A DNA stretch of 63,040 nucleotides, the filler included. It is 4 parts of 4 records of this genome, joined end to end, with 100 filler letters (N's around TTAATTAATTAA, not from the genome) between each part and the next. Parts side by side here need not be neighbours in the genome. Positions count along the whole stretch, not along the records: positions 1 to 14,480 come from DRR378314_298; 3 more parts are not named here. The stretch is one strand, 5' to 3'. This document shows positions 1-8,760 of this stretch, piece by piece. Every line of letters starts with the position of its first letter. The first letter of the stretch is position 1. Position numbers and translations under genes: made by a program. The notes under the pieces are model-generated. The model was given only the letters and a program-made list of their open reading frames with translations. It was not told where the DNA came from and ran no database searches.

Positions 1-101
1 AAGGGAGCGGCAAAAGACCGTGACTAGCAATGAGAGGGAGAAACCATGACAGGAAACTGGCGGTTTCTGTCGTGGTTGCCAACGTCTCATTAAACGCTGA
101 C
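1..101 (-). ncRNA. Putative Fur-regulated PrrF-like small RNA (3' end runs off the window)
   Basis: The minus strand reads ...UUUCUCCCUCUCAUUGCUAGUCACGGUCUUUU..., resembling the recalled Pseudomonas PrrF core (UCUCCUCAUCAGGCUAAUCACGGUUUUU). It has a 5' hairpin (about 42-77) and lies directly downstream of a Fur-box-overlapped sigma70 promoter. Confidence 0.6.
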
Positions 102-107
102 AATCAC

Positions 108-152
108 AATATAATCATTCTCATTTACCGCGTCAACCTAAATGCGAATACT
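108..152 (-). promoter_or_regulatory. Sigma70 promoter overlapped by Fur box(es)
   Basis: On the minus strand, TTGACG (136-131) is 17 bp from TATATT (113-108). AAATGAGAATGATTATATT (126-108) matches the Fur consensus, and a second Fur-like AATGCGAATA lies at 141-150. Confidence 0.7.
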
Positions 153-183
153 TTTTATTTATTTTTAAGACAGTTTTTTTACA

Positions 184-1098
184 CTACCCCACCAGCTGCA
201 ACCAAACGGGCAACGTCAGCATCGCTAACAGCGTCTGGCCGGTAATAATTGCCGCCATAAGCTCTGCATCACCTCCCAACTGCCGAGCAAGAATGTAAGC
301 AGATGTGGCGGTAGGCAGCGCTGCAAACAGCAGCGCCACATCACGGCTGATAGGGTCCAGCCCCACCAGCCACGCTAATAGCAGCACCACCACAGGCATT
401 AACAGCAGCTTGATGCTATTCGTCGCTATCACGCCACGATCAAGCCGTAGCAGTGCTGCGGGGCGCAGCGCCACGCCCACGGCAATGAGCCCTAACGGCA
501 GCGCCGCACCTCCCAATAACCCTACGGTATCCTCGCTCCAGCCGGGCAAGCCAACCCCCGAAAGATTGAGTCCGATACCTGCTAGACAGGACAAAATCAG
601 CGGATTTTTAGCCAGTGCGAGGGCACTTTGGCCAAGGCTTCCACTGCCTAGCGTCCCTGCCGCGACAAAGCTTGCGACGCACATTACGTTCACCACCGGT
701 ACCATGAGTGCCACCGCCACAGCGGCGGTAGTCGCCCCCATGCTGCCATGCAGTGCCGCGGCCCCTGCGACACCCACGTAGGTGTTAAAACGCACGGCGC
801 CTTGGAACACCGACGTGAACGCCGCAGGCGTTAAGCCAAGGTAACCACGACAGCGCCATAGCAACAGACCCAAAACCCCCATCGTGCCGAGCAATACCAA
901 CGCTATACGCCCAACCGGTACTTGGCTGACATCAGCAGTGGCCAGCGTACCTATCAGCATGGCTGGAAATAGCACAAAGTAGATCAGACGCTCCATTTGC
1001 GGCCAGAACGTAGCACTTGGCCAACGGCCATAGCCAATGGCAGCGCCCAGTAAAATCAATAAAAACAGTGGCCCAAGTGCACCAGTAATGCTCTCCAT
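184..1098 (-). CDS. AEC (auxin efflux carrier) family transporter
   Basis: 304 aa, highly hydrophobic, with family-like motifs YFVLFPAML, RFNTYVG, KNPLILS and ALPTATSAYILARQLGGD. Confidence 0.85.
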   Translation of the reverse strand: MESITGALGPLFLLILLGAAIGYGRWPSATFWPQMERLIYFVLFPAMLIGTLATADVSQVPVGRIALVLLGTMGVLGLLLWRCRGYLGLTPAAFTSVFQGAVRFNTYVGVAGAAALHGSMGATTAAVAVALMVPVVNVMCVASFVAAGTLGSGSLGQSALALAKNPLILSCLAGIGLNLSGVGLPGWSEDTVGLLGGAALPLGLIAVGVALRPAALLRLDRGVIATNSIKLLLMPVVVLLLAWLVGLDPISRDVALLFAALPTATSAYILARQLGGDAELMAAIITGQTLLAMLTLPVWLQLVG

Positions 1099-1204
1099 TG
1101 TTATTCCTTGTTAACTGCGACATCCCAGCACAGCGACATCCGTGCGATTACTGTTACCATGAAACTAACTTCCATCTTACGGCCTGCGTAGTGACCATTC
1201 TGCC

Positions 1205-1708
1205 ATGAAGAACTTGCCTAAACCTGGCTACTTTACGGGTTTTCCAGCACTAAAAGTGCTTATCCTCATCACGGGCATCTCACTGGCCGCCTGCACGTGG
1301 TACGTGTTTGCCAATTGGCTGCGCGATGATGCTGATATTGCATGGTTTACACCAGATGCCAACTGCAATCTACACACCAGTACGTGCTCGGCAGTACTGG
1401 GCGATAAAGGCCGCCTAACACTCACCGTTGATGCCGATGGCCGTATCGATGCGCTGGATATTCTGCCACTGGATGTAGAAGTCGAGGGCCTCAACCCCAG
1501 CCATGTGACGGTCGACTTTATCGGGCGTGATATGGATATGGGCTTACACCGTTTTGGGTTAACCGCCTCTGCGCCCGGTCACTTTCATGGCCAAGGGCAA
1601 GTCGGTATCTGCACGCAAGACGTGATGCCCTGGCGAGCACGGGTTATCCTGGAAACACCAGAAGGCAAGCTGGGCAGTTGGTTCGACTTTGACGTGATTA
1701 GGAGTTAG
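1205..1708 (+). CDS. Hypothetical membrane-anchored periplasmic protein, co-transcribed with SCO
   Basis: 167 aa with an N-terminal TM helix and Cys pair (CNLHTSTC); ends 5 bp before the SCO gene. Confidence 0.65.
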   Translation: MKNLPKPGYFTGFPALKVLILITGISLAACTWYVFANWLRDDADIAWFTPDANCNLHTSTCSAVLGDKGRLTLTVDADGRIDALDILPLDVEVEGLNPSHVTVDFIGRDMDMGLHRFGLTASAPGHFHGQGQVGICTQDVMPWRARVILETPEGKLGSWFDFDVIRS

Positions 1709-1713
1709 TACGT

Positions 1714-2322
1714 ATGGCCACTAAACCAAACAATCGTAAAGCACTCTGGCTGGGACTAGTGCTAATACTTGTCTTGCTGACCATTTCGGCTATCGGCCTT
1801 TACCAGTTTGCTTTCCAGCCAGACAGCGATGACGTGACGGGGGGACCAATAGAAATGCCCTCTACTCAAGGTGATTTCTCTCTCGCCCAGCTAGATGAAG
1901 ACGACATTGCGATTGTTTCATTTGGCTACACCTACTGCCCAGATGTTTGCCCAATGAATCAGGCTGTTAAACGTCAGGCATTGGCCCAGCTAAGCGATGC
2001 ACAGCGCGAACGCGTGGTGCCGATAATGATAACGGTTGACCCTGAACGCGATACGCTGCCGCGCATGGAAGAGTATATGCAGTTCTTTGGTGATACGTTT
2101 ATCGGCTTGGTGGGCAGTCAAGAGCAGCTTGCAGATGTAGCGGCACGCTATGGCGTGATTTGGCGGCGAGTAGAGGCACCCGATTCAGCCATGGCCTACA
2201 CCATTGACCATAGCGCCTCGCTTTTCTTGGTTAACCGCAACGGTGAGATTTTACAGAGAGTGCTCTACTCCCCAGCACCGCACGGCTTAGTGTCAGCGCT
2301 GGAGAATGAGTTAGGTAGCTAG
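1714..2322 (+). CDS. SCO1/SenC family copper chaperone
   Basis: FGYTYCPDVCP (CxxxC), ITVDPERDT and IDHS motifs; N-terminal TM anchor. Confidence 0.92.
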   Translation: MATKPNNRKALWLGLVLILVLLTISAIGLYQFAFQPDSDDVTGGPIEMPSTQGDFSLAQLDEDDIAIVSFGYTYCPDVCPMNQAVKRQALAQLSDAQRERVVPIMITVDPERDTLPRMEEYMQFFGDTFIGLVGSQEQLADVAARYGVIWRRVEAPDSAMAYTIDHSASLFLVNRNGEILQRVLYSPAPHGLVSALENELGS

Positions 2323-2366
2323 CCAAAATACACGACGAAGTCTCTGGATTTAGGATGTACTTGGAA

Positions 2367-3416
2367 TTAAGGTGTGCTTTGTAGGTGTTCAAGCATCGCC
2401 ATTAGCGCTCTGGCTTGAGTGCCATCACGCGTGTCGTGCAGCGGGTTGAGCTGCCAAGTACTTTCGGCAAAGCCCCACCAATCCCAGCACCCCTGAGGAT
2501 TAGCCATACTGCTTTCCGCCTGCGGGTATAGCACCATTTGACCATGGTCTGCTGCCCAACGGTTCAAACCACTGTGGCGTACAAACGTATCGCCAATGGC
2601 ATCAACGCTCATTTGACAACCATGCAAGGCTATTGTGACAGGACACCCTCCCGCCTCACACGCCTCAGGAATAAACAGATATCCCACATCAGCCAAGCCT
2701 TTAACCGCGAACTCCGACTGATCAAAGGCCATCACTTCGCCCTCGCTAGCATTAGCCTCACGCTCAGGGTAAAGCCATGAGAGCATATCGCCAGCCACGT
2801 TTTCATCACAGGCAAGCACATGGCTACCACCGCCCTGGCGACAGTCGCCAAGTGCCTGGGGGCTAGCGTTGGCCTGCTTCGGCAGTTTGATGGGCCAGCC
2901 ATGGCCTGTGTGCTCACTGCGCACGAAACGCAGCTGTTCTGAAGATGCCAGCCAGCGCTGCCACTGTTCTGCTAACAAACTGCCCAGCTCTGGAGAAACC
3001 GTGTCATCTTCATCACCGTGCCATACATAGGCACGCAGCTGGCTTAATGCGTCGCGCTCACCCACCTGCTCAAGCGACTCGTAACGCTCGCGCCGACGGT
3101 CCAGCTCATCCAAGGAAGGCAACCCACGGCGGATGCTCATGCACTGGTTAAGCGCCAAACTGAGCGCGCCCTGGGCACAGCTCCAAGGGCCCGCCGCTAA
3201 TACACCTACACCACTAAAGCGCTCAGGCCAAGCAACCGCCAACTGTGCGGCCATGTAACCGCCAGAAGAGACACCTACCACGCTCGCGTGATCGCTCGCT
3301 GCGTTTAAGGCAGGTAAATTACCCGGCACGGTATCGGCTTCAGCGTGAACAGCCGCGCTGCCCAGCAGCAACAGCGCGCCCAAAAAACAAGATGTAGCAG
3401 CGGCGGAACGTATCAT
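2367..3416 (-). CDS. Secreted PHB-depolymerase-family esterase
   Basis: Signal peptide, lipase box GVSSGG, ALHGC and NPQGCWDWWG motifs. Confidence 0.8.
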   Translation of the reverse strand: MIRSAAATSCFLGALLLLGSAAVHAEADTVPGNLPALNAASDHASVVGVSSGGYMAAQLAVAWPERFSGVGVLAAGPWSCAQGALSLALNQCMSIRRGLPSLDELDRRRERYESLEQVGERDALSQLRAYVWHGDEDDTVSPELGSLLAEQWQRWLASSEQLRFVRSEHTGHGWPIKLPKQANASPQALGDCRQGGGSHVLACDENVAGDMLSWLYPEREANASEGEVMAFDQSEFAVKGLADVGYLFIPEACEAGGCPVTIALHGCQMSVDAIGDTFVRHSGLNRWAADHGQMVLYPQAESSMANPQGCWDWWGFAESTWQLNPLHDTRDGTQARALMAMLEHLQSTP

Positions 3417-4097
3417 TTACTCGACGCCTAACAGTTCAACACGGAACGTCAGCATTTCATTTGGGCCAATGGGGCCTTGGCCGCCTTCACCATAAGCCAG
3501 CTCAGCAGGGATATATAGCATCCAGCTGTCGCCAACGCTCATCAGTTGAAGCGCTTCCTGCCAACCTTCAATGACTTGATTTACCTGGAAACTCACCGGC
3601 TGACCACGCTCAAAGGAACTGTCGAATACGGTGCCGTCCAACAGCATGCCTTCATAGTTCACTTCAACGGTGTCTTCAGCGCCAGGCGTTGCGCCGTCAC
3701 CGGACTCAAGCACTTCATACTGCAAGCCAGACTCAGTCACTTCAACTTCTTCACGCTCAGCGTTTTCCGCTAGGTAAGCTTGACCTTCCTCTAGATTAAG
3801 CTGGGCAATTTCAGCGGCTTCTTGCTCGCGCTCTGCCATAGAACGCTCTTGGAAAGCGACCAGCGCCTCCATCATTTCTTCCTCGCTTAACGCCAACTCG
3901 TTGCCATCAAAGACATCGCGCATGCCGTCCGTAAATGTATCTAGATCGAGGTCTTCAATATCAGCCTGCATGCTCTCGCCTAGAGTGACGCCTAAGCTAT
4001 AAGCAAGGCGCTGTTCGTCGGTTTCAGGAGCCGCTGCCGCGAACGGAGCAACCAGTAACAAACTCGCCAAAGCGGTGGAAGAAAACAATGCTTTCAT
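3417..4097 (-). CDS. FKBP-type peptidyl-prolyl cis-trans isomerase (Mip/FkpA-like)
   Basis: SGLQYEVL, YEGMLLDGTVFDSS, VIEGWQEAL and IPAELAYG motifs; start placed at MKALF, which begins a signal peptide. Confidence 0.92.
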   Translation of the reverse strand: MKALFSSTALASLLLVAPFAAAAPETDEQRLAYSLGVTLGESMQADIEDLDLDTFTDGMRDVFDGNELALSEEEMMEALVAFQERSMAEREQEAAEIAQLNLEEGQAYLAENAEREEVEVTESGLQYEVLESGDGATPGAEDTVEVNYEGMLLDGTVFDSSFERGQPVSFQVNQVIEGWQEALQLMSVGDSWMLYIPAELAYGEGGQGPIGPNEMLTFRVELLGVE

Positions 4098-4150
4098 GTA
4101 AAAAACCTTATCCAACGGCGCAACGCGCCAAATGTTTGAGTAGCTCAAAG

Positions 4151-4200
4151 ACTAACACCCGCCATCTCAGGCTGCATTACCTGAGATGGCGGGTGTTAGT
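4151..4200. terminator. 21-bp perfect inverted repeat downstream of teaD (probable terminator)
   Basis: ACTAACACCCGCCATCTCAGG, 8-nt loop, CCTGAGATGGCGGGTGTTAGT. Confidence 0.7.
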
Positions 4201-4232
4201 AAGACCGCTATTAAGTTCAGTAGTTTGGTGTC

Positions 4233-4676
4233 TTAAACGACCAATGTGGGACAGTGTGCCGCACCCGCCACGCGCTGGGAGACACTACCCAACAGCAGGT
4301 TTTTCTCGCCATTGGTTCCTTGAGCACCGATCACGATTAAATCGCATTCCCTCTTTCGGGCAAAGCGCACGATAGTTCGCGAGGGGCGGCCACCTTTCAC
4401 AAACGCCCTTACTCGCGCACTGTCTGCGCCCATCTCTATGGCGTAGGCTTTAGCGTGTACAGCAATTTCCGTGGCGTACTCTTTTAGCGCATCATCAGGC
4501 AGATCCAGCTTATTCGGCCGCACCATAGAAAGCGATGCCTCCAATAAACTATGGTGCTTAAATACGCACAGCAAATAAAGCTCGGCACCGGTGAGCATAT
4601 GCAGGCCAACCGCTTTCTCCAGTGCGTTAATCGCCCCTTTCGAGCCATCTACGGGAATTAAAATGCGATTAAACAT
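4233..4676 (-). CDS. teaD: Universal stress protein TeaD
   Basis: [15 protein letters not shown] and [23 protein letters not shown] motifs; last gene of the ectoine TRAP operon. Confidence 0.9.
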   Translation of the reverse strand: MFNRILIPVDGSKGAINALEKAVGLHMLTGAELYLLCVFKHHSLLEASLSMVRPNKLDLPDDALKEYATEIAVHAKAYAIEMGADSARVRAFVKGGRPSRTIVRFARKRECDLIVIGAQGTNGEKNLLLGSVSQRVAGAAHCPTLVV

Positions 4677-4697
4677 CCGCGTTCTCCTTGTGACTGC

Positions 4698-5981
4698 TTA
4701 GCGGAAGGCAATATCACGCAAGAACAGCGCAATTTGCGGAAACATGATCAGCAGCGCCGCCGCTAAAATCAGCATAAAGATAAAGGGCGGTGTGCCTTTG
4801 ATGACTTCCCAGTAAGGCCGCTTAAAGATCGCAATCGCGGTAAATATATCGCAGCCAAAGGGTGGGGTCGCCGAACCTATGGCTACCTGCAGCGTAATCA
4901 AAATACCTACCAGAACAGGATCCAGACCGGTCGCCGCAATCGCCGGAGCGAAAATGGGCGTAAGCACCAGAATGACCACAATCGGGTCAACAAACATGCA
5001 AGCGACAAAGAAAGAGATACAGATTGCAATCAGTACGCCTGTCGGCCCAGCTTCATTGACGCCTACCGCTTCCAAAATCATTTGTGGAATCTGCGCGAAT
5101 GAAATTATCCAGGAGAACCCATTACCAACAGCGACCAATATAAACACCACTGCGGTAATTAAGCCGGTGGATTTAGCAATCGCATAAATATCGTTCATTT
5201 TGAGCGAACGGAATACCACAAACTCAAGCAATACGGCATAGAGCACACAGGCCGCAGCGGCTTCTGTCGGGCTAAAAATACCTCCGTAGATACCGCCAAC
5301 GATAATGACTGGAAAGCCTAGCGGCCACAGTGCTTTCTGCACGGCTACGGCACGCTCTTTCCAGCTAGCGCGGGGTTCGGTAGGCACGCCTTTTACCACA
5401 GCGTAAACGATGCAATAAACTGAGAACATAAACAGGATCAGAAGCCCTGGCCCAATACCCGCAATAAACAGCTCGCCAATGGATGTTCCTGAAATAACCC
5501 CGTAGATGATCATGCCAATACTTGGGGGTATCAAAAAGGCAATATCACTCGCGTTGATAATCAGTGCCAGTGTAAATGGGTCGGAATAGCCCGCTTTCAG
5601 CATCTTGGGTCGCAGCGGTGAGCCCACCGCGACTACGGTTGCCTGGGTAGAACCAGAAACTGCGCCAAACAGCGTACAGGAGGCCGCCGTACTGACCGCA
5701 AGGCCGCCTTTGATATGACCGATAAAGGACATCACCATATCAATTAAGCGATTGGCCGACTGGCCACGCGTCATAATATCTGCCGCTAATATAAACATCG
5801 GCACCGCAATCAACGAAGCAGGCCGGATACCCGCCATCATCTGTTGAATCAGCGTATCCATTTGGCCGAAGCCGTTAAACATCATATAAAAGCCGATCAC
5901 CGCTGCCGTGATCAGCGGGATCATCATAGGAAAGCCCAGCAGCAGCAGGGCAATCATGGTGACTACCATTATCGTCGTCAT
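4698..5981 (-). CDS. teaC: Ectoine TRAP transporter large permease (DctM family)
   Basis: 427-aa hydrophobic protein with LIPPSI, FSPTEAAA and TPPFG motifs; operon context. Confidence 0.9.
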   Translation of the reverse strand: MTTIMVVTMIALLLLGFPMMIPLITAAVIGFYMMFNGFGQMDTLIQQMMAGIRPASLIAVPMFILAADIMTRGQSANRLIDMVMSFIGHIKGGLAVSTAASCTLFGAVSGSTQATVVAVGSPLRPKMLKAGYSDPFTLALIINASDIAFLIPPSIGMIIYGVISGTSIGELFIAGIGPGLLILFMFSVYCIVYAVVKGVPTEPRASWKERAVAVQKALWPLGFPVIIVGGIYGGIFSPTEAAAACVLYAVLLEFVVFRSLKMNDIYAIAKSTGLITAVVFILVAVGNGFSWIISFAQIPQMILEAVGVNEAGPTGVLIAICISFFVACMFVDPIVVILVLTPIFAPAIAATGLDPVLVGILITLQVAIGSATPPFGCDIFTAIAIFKRPYWEVIKGTPPFIFMLILAAALLIMFPQIALFLRDIAFR

Positions 5982-6009
5982 AGCGTTCCCCTAGAGTGCA
6001 AGCCCTGCT

Positions 6010-6588
6010 TTACACTTCTGTTTCGGTGTCTTTGTAACCATCAACTACCCCTGTCGAGAGATATACATCCCGAGAGGTAAGGTTTTTAATTGCCGTTAAC
6101 AGGTACTGAATGCCCGTAATGAGAAAACCTACTGGTACCCAGATATAAATGATCCAAATAGGTAGCCCGAGTGACGGCAGCACGCGACCTTTGCTTTGAA
6201 GGTCGAGGATGTACACCACGGAGTAGTACAGCAGGAAGAACATGACGAGGGAGGTAAAGAACGAAATACCTATCATCAATGCCTTACGCCCCCCGACAGG
6301 CAAGGCATCGTAGATGGCTGACATACGAATATGACGACCGTGTCGAGCAGCGTAGCCGATACCCGCAAAGGTAATCATAATGATCAAAATACGGTTTAAT
6401 TCCCCTGAAAACATAATGCTATTGCCAAATACAAAGCGGGCAATAACATTAGTGACCGTATTCAGCGCCATTAGCAAAACCCCCATCGCCAGTATGACTG
6501 ACTCGATTTTGCTAATTGCAGTGTCGATCACGCCTAGTATGCCGGGCAAACCAGAGCTGTAATTCTTTTCGGATTCTTCTTCGGTCAT
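6010..6588 (-). CDS. teaB: Ectoine TRAP transporter small permease (DctQ family)
   Basis: Four TM helices, [11 protein letters not shown] motif; lies between teaA and teaC. Confidence 0.88.
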   Translation of the reverse strand: MTEEESEKNYSSGLPGILGVIDTAISKIESVILAMGVLLMALNTVTNVIARFVFGNSIMFSGELNRILIIMITFAGIGYAARHGRHIRMSAIYDALPVGGRKALMIGISFFTSLVMFFLLYYSVVYILDLQSKGRVLPSLGLPIWIIYIWVPVGFLITGIQYLLTAIKNLTSRDVYLSTGVVDGYKDTETEV

Positions 6589-6810
6589 GGCCGATCTCCT
6601 CTTATGCAGCGTGGCAGCTAACGATTAAAAACCTAGTGCCTCTTCTTTCACTGACCACCGAACGGAGCGTGTCCAGCCTTACTCATTTTGTAGCGTAACG
6701 GTTAATAACTCTTTCCGCTTCAACGCTGGATGTACGTAAATTTTTCTGTGTTTTACGCAAGGTTACGCGCTTTTTTTTGCTAGGTGGCTGTCAGCACCGG
6801 GTGTGCATAT

Positions 6811-6842
6811 AAAAATAAAAAAGGGGCAGCGCTGGCTGCCCC
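6811..6842 (-). terminator. Rho-independent terminator-like hairpin after teaA
   Basis: GGGGCAGC/GCTGCCCC stem followed by a U-tract on the minus strand (A-run 6811-6822). Confidence 0.65.
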
Positions 6843-6884
6843 CTAGGTGATTTACCGTTCAAAATGAGTGCACTAAACGGTAAA

Positions 6885-7931
6885 TTACTCGTTAGTTACA
6901 GCTTCGAGATCAGCTTTAAACTGCTCCAGCAGCTCAGCACCTTTATCACCCGTCATTTCTAAGAAGGCTTCTTCAACTTGTGGAGCGCGGTCACGGAAAG
7001 CCTGGATTTGTTCTTCATCCAAACGAGTCACAGTGACTTCATCCGAAGCTTCTTGGATTTTAGCTAATGCCTCTTCGGCTAGCCCTTTAATGTGCTCGAT
7101 TGTGTGATCATAGGCAGCATCAGACGCTTCCTGAACTAGCTCTTTGTCTTCATCGGACAAGCCTTCATAGAAGTCTTGGTTAGCCATCATGGCGGTAGTG
7201 AACCAGCCATGGCCTGTGAAGGTAAGGTGCGGTGATACTTCATATAAACCGCCAGACTCGATCCAGAAAATCGGATTTTCTTGACCATCGATAATGCCGG
7301 TTTGCAGACCACCATATACTTCGCCCCACGGTAGCGGCGTCGGTGTTGCACCAAAGGCATCATAAGTTTCTGAAAGCAATGGATTCGTCATGGTACGAAT
7401 TTTCTTGTTATTCATATCTTCCGGCGAGCTGATCGGCTCGTCGGTGGTAATGACCATTTCACCTTCAGGGTACATCTTCAATAGCTCAAGGCCTTGCTCA
7501 GCGTAGAGCTCTGGGAACACCTCGTTGATGGCCTTACTCTCATCGAAGAAAGTCAGGACGGTTTCTTCATCTGTTGGTAGCAGGTAAGGGATAAAGAAGA
7601 TTTGCGCTTCTGGGATCAGAGAACCCGTGAAACCAGGCGACTGGTTTACAAACTGAAGAATGCCGTTTTGGGTCTGCTCCATGATGTCATCAGATTCACC
7701 TAATTCACCAAAACGATAAACCTGAACGCTGTGATCGGAATTCTCTTCGATATATTCTTTGAATGCGTAAGCGAACACATCTTGGACATCGCCTTCGTAC
7801 TCTTCGTGGGCGTAACGCCAGTTATCTGCTTGAGCGGCTGCGCTGAGACCAAATAGTAGTGCACCAACGCTCGCCGTCGTCATTAACTTAGTCGTTACTG
7901 AACGAGTCGAAATTAACTTGCTTGCCTTCAT
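6885..7931 (-). CDS. teaA: Ectoine/hydroxyectoine TRAP solute-binding protein
   Basis: Mature N-terminus DNWRYAHEEYEGDVQD as recalled for Halomonas TeaA; IIDGQENP DctP motif; acidic composition. Confidence 0.92.
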   Translation of the reverse strand: MKASKLISTRSVTTKLMTTASVGALLFGLSAAAQADNWRYAHEEYEGDVQDVFAYAFKEYIEENSDHSVQVYRFGELGESDDIMEQTQNGILQFVNQSPGFTGSLIPEAQIFFIPYLLPTDEETVLTFFDESKAINEVFPELYAEQGLELLKMYPEGEMVITTDEPISSPEDMNNKKIRTMTNPLLSETYDAFGATPTPLPWGEVYGGLQTGIIDGQENPIFWIESGGLYEVSPHLTFTGHGWFTTAMMANQDFYEGLSDEDKELVQEASDAAYDHTIEHIKGLAEEALAKIQEASDEVTVTRLDEEQIQAFRDRAPQVEEAFLEMTGDKGAELLEQFKADLEAVTNE

Positions 7932-8158
7932 GCAGAGTTCCCCTAGCAGTGGTAAGCGCGCTATGCGAGTGCGCCAATATTTAATTTTTGTATAATGCGT
8001 GTCGCTCTTAAACGCTCTGTTAGTTGCCAGTGACTTTAGAGTAACTATTTATAAAACCATCATTCATAAAGCCTATCTTTTTGAATCCGTTTAGAAACAG
8101 TTACACAAGCAATAACAACCTTAAAACACGCGTTATTCAAAAATAGCTTAATTTCAGG

Positions 8159-8731
8159 CTAGCGCGGTCGCTCGTAGCGGTCAAGCCGTGTCGCAAGTAT
8201 AGCAATCGCCTCTCTGACGTTCTCGCGCTCGGGTGACACAACTACTTGATCAAACGCAAGGCCATCAGAAAACAGCTTACTTTGCAGCCATTGTGCAACA
8301 TCTTGCTTACTTATAGCGCAGTTTGTTAACCGCTGGTTAAGCTCAGACGTTTGCAATATCCAGTGCTGCCAGCGTTGAAGGTTCTCACGCTCAGCTTGAA
8401 GTTCGGCCTGCTGAAGTGTCTTTCGCAACTGGGCAATGCCCTCACTTTCTGCTGCTTGTGGCTTAAGATCACGACGCAACTGCCGCAAAACAGCTGTGAT
8501 CGATTGCTGCCAACACTCCCGCGCTTTGCGCTCCATTGACAGCGCGCCAGGCGTTACCTGAAGACCGTAGTGGTAGAGCCAGCTATGCACTAGAAGCTCA
8601 CACACATCCACCCCTGCTCTATCTTGCAGAACAAGGCATGCTTGCTCGACTCCGGGCTGGGCATAAAATGTCAGTGCAAAATCCCATAGTGGAGCCTGCT
8701 GTAAGCGCTGGAATCGGTTAGAATCGAACAT
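8159..8731 (-). CDS. TIGR02444/DUF2390 family protein
   Basis: LWDFALTFYAQPGVEQACLVLQDRAGVDVC motif; divergent from the ABC-F gene, its usual context. Confidence 0.8.
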   Translation of the reverse strand: MFDSNRFQRLQQAPLWDFALTFYAQPGVEQACLVLQDRAGVDVCELLVHSWLYHYGLQVTPGALSMERKARECWQQSITAVLRQLRRDLKPQAAESEGIAQLRKTLQQAELQAERENLQRWQHWILQTSELNQRLTNCAISKQDVAQWLQSKLFSDGLAFDQVVVSPERENVREAIAILATRLDRYERPR

Positions 8732-8760
8732 TGATTTACCCACTTTTTTCGGGAGAATGC

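Noticed and set aside
30-245. 71-aa plus-strand ORF and a 15-codon ORF at 46-93
   Set aside because: They run across an AT-rich promoter/Fur region with no protein features; the minus-strand sRNA explains the region better.
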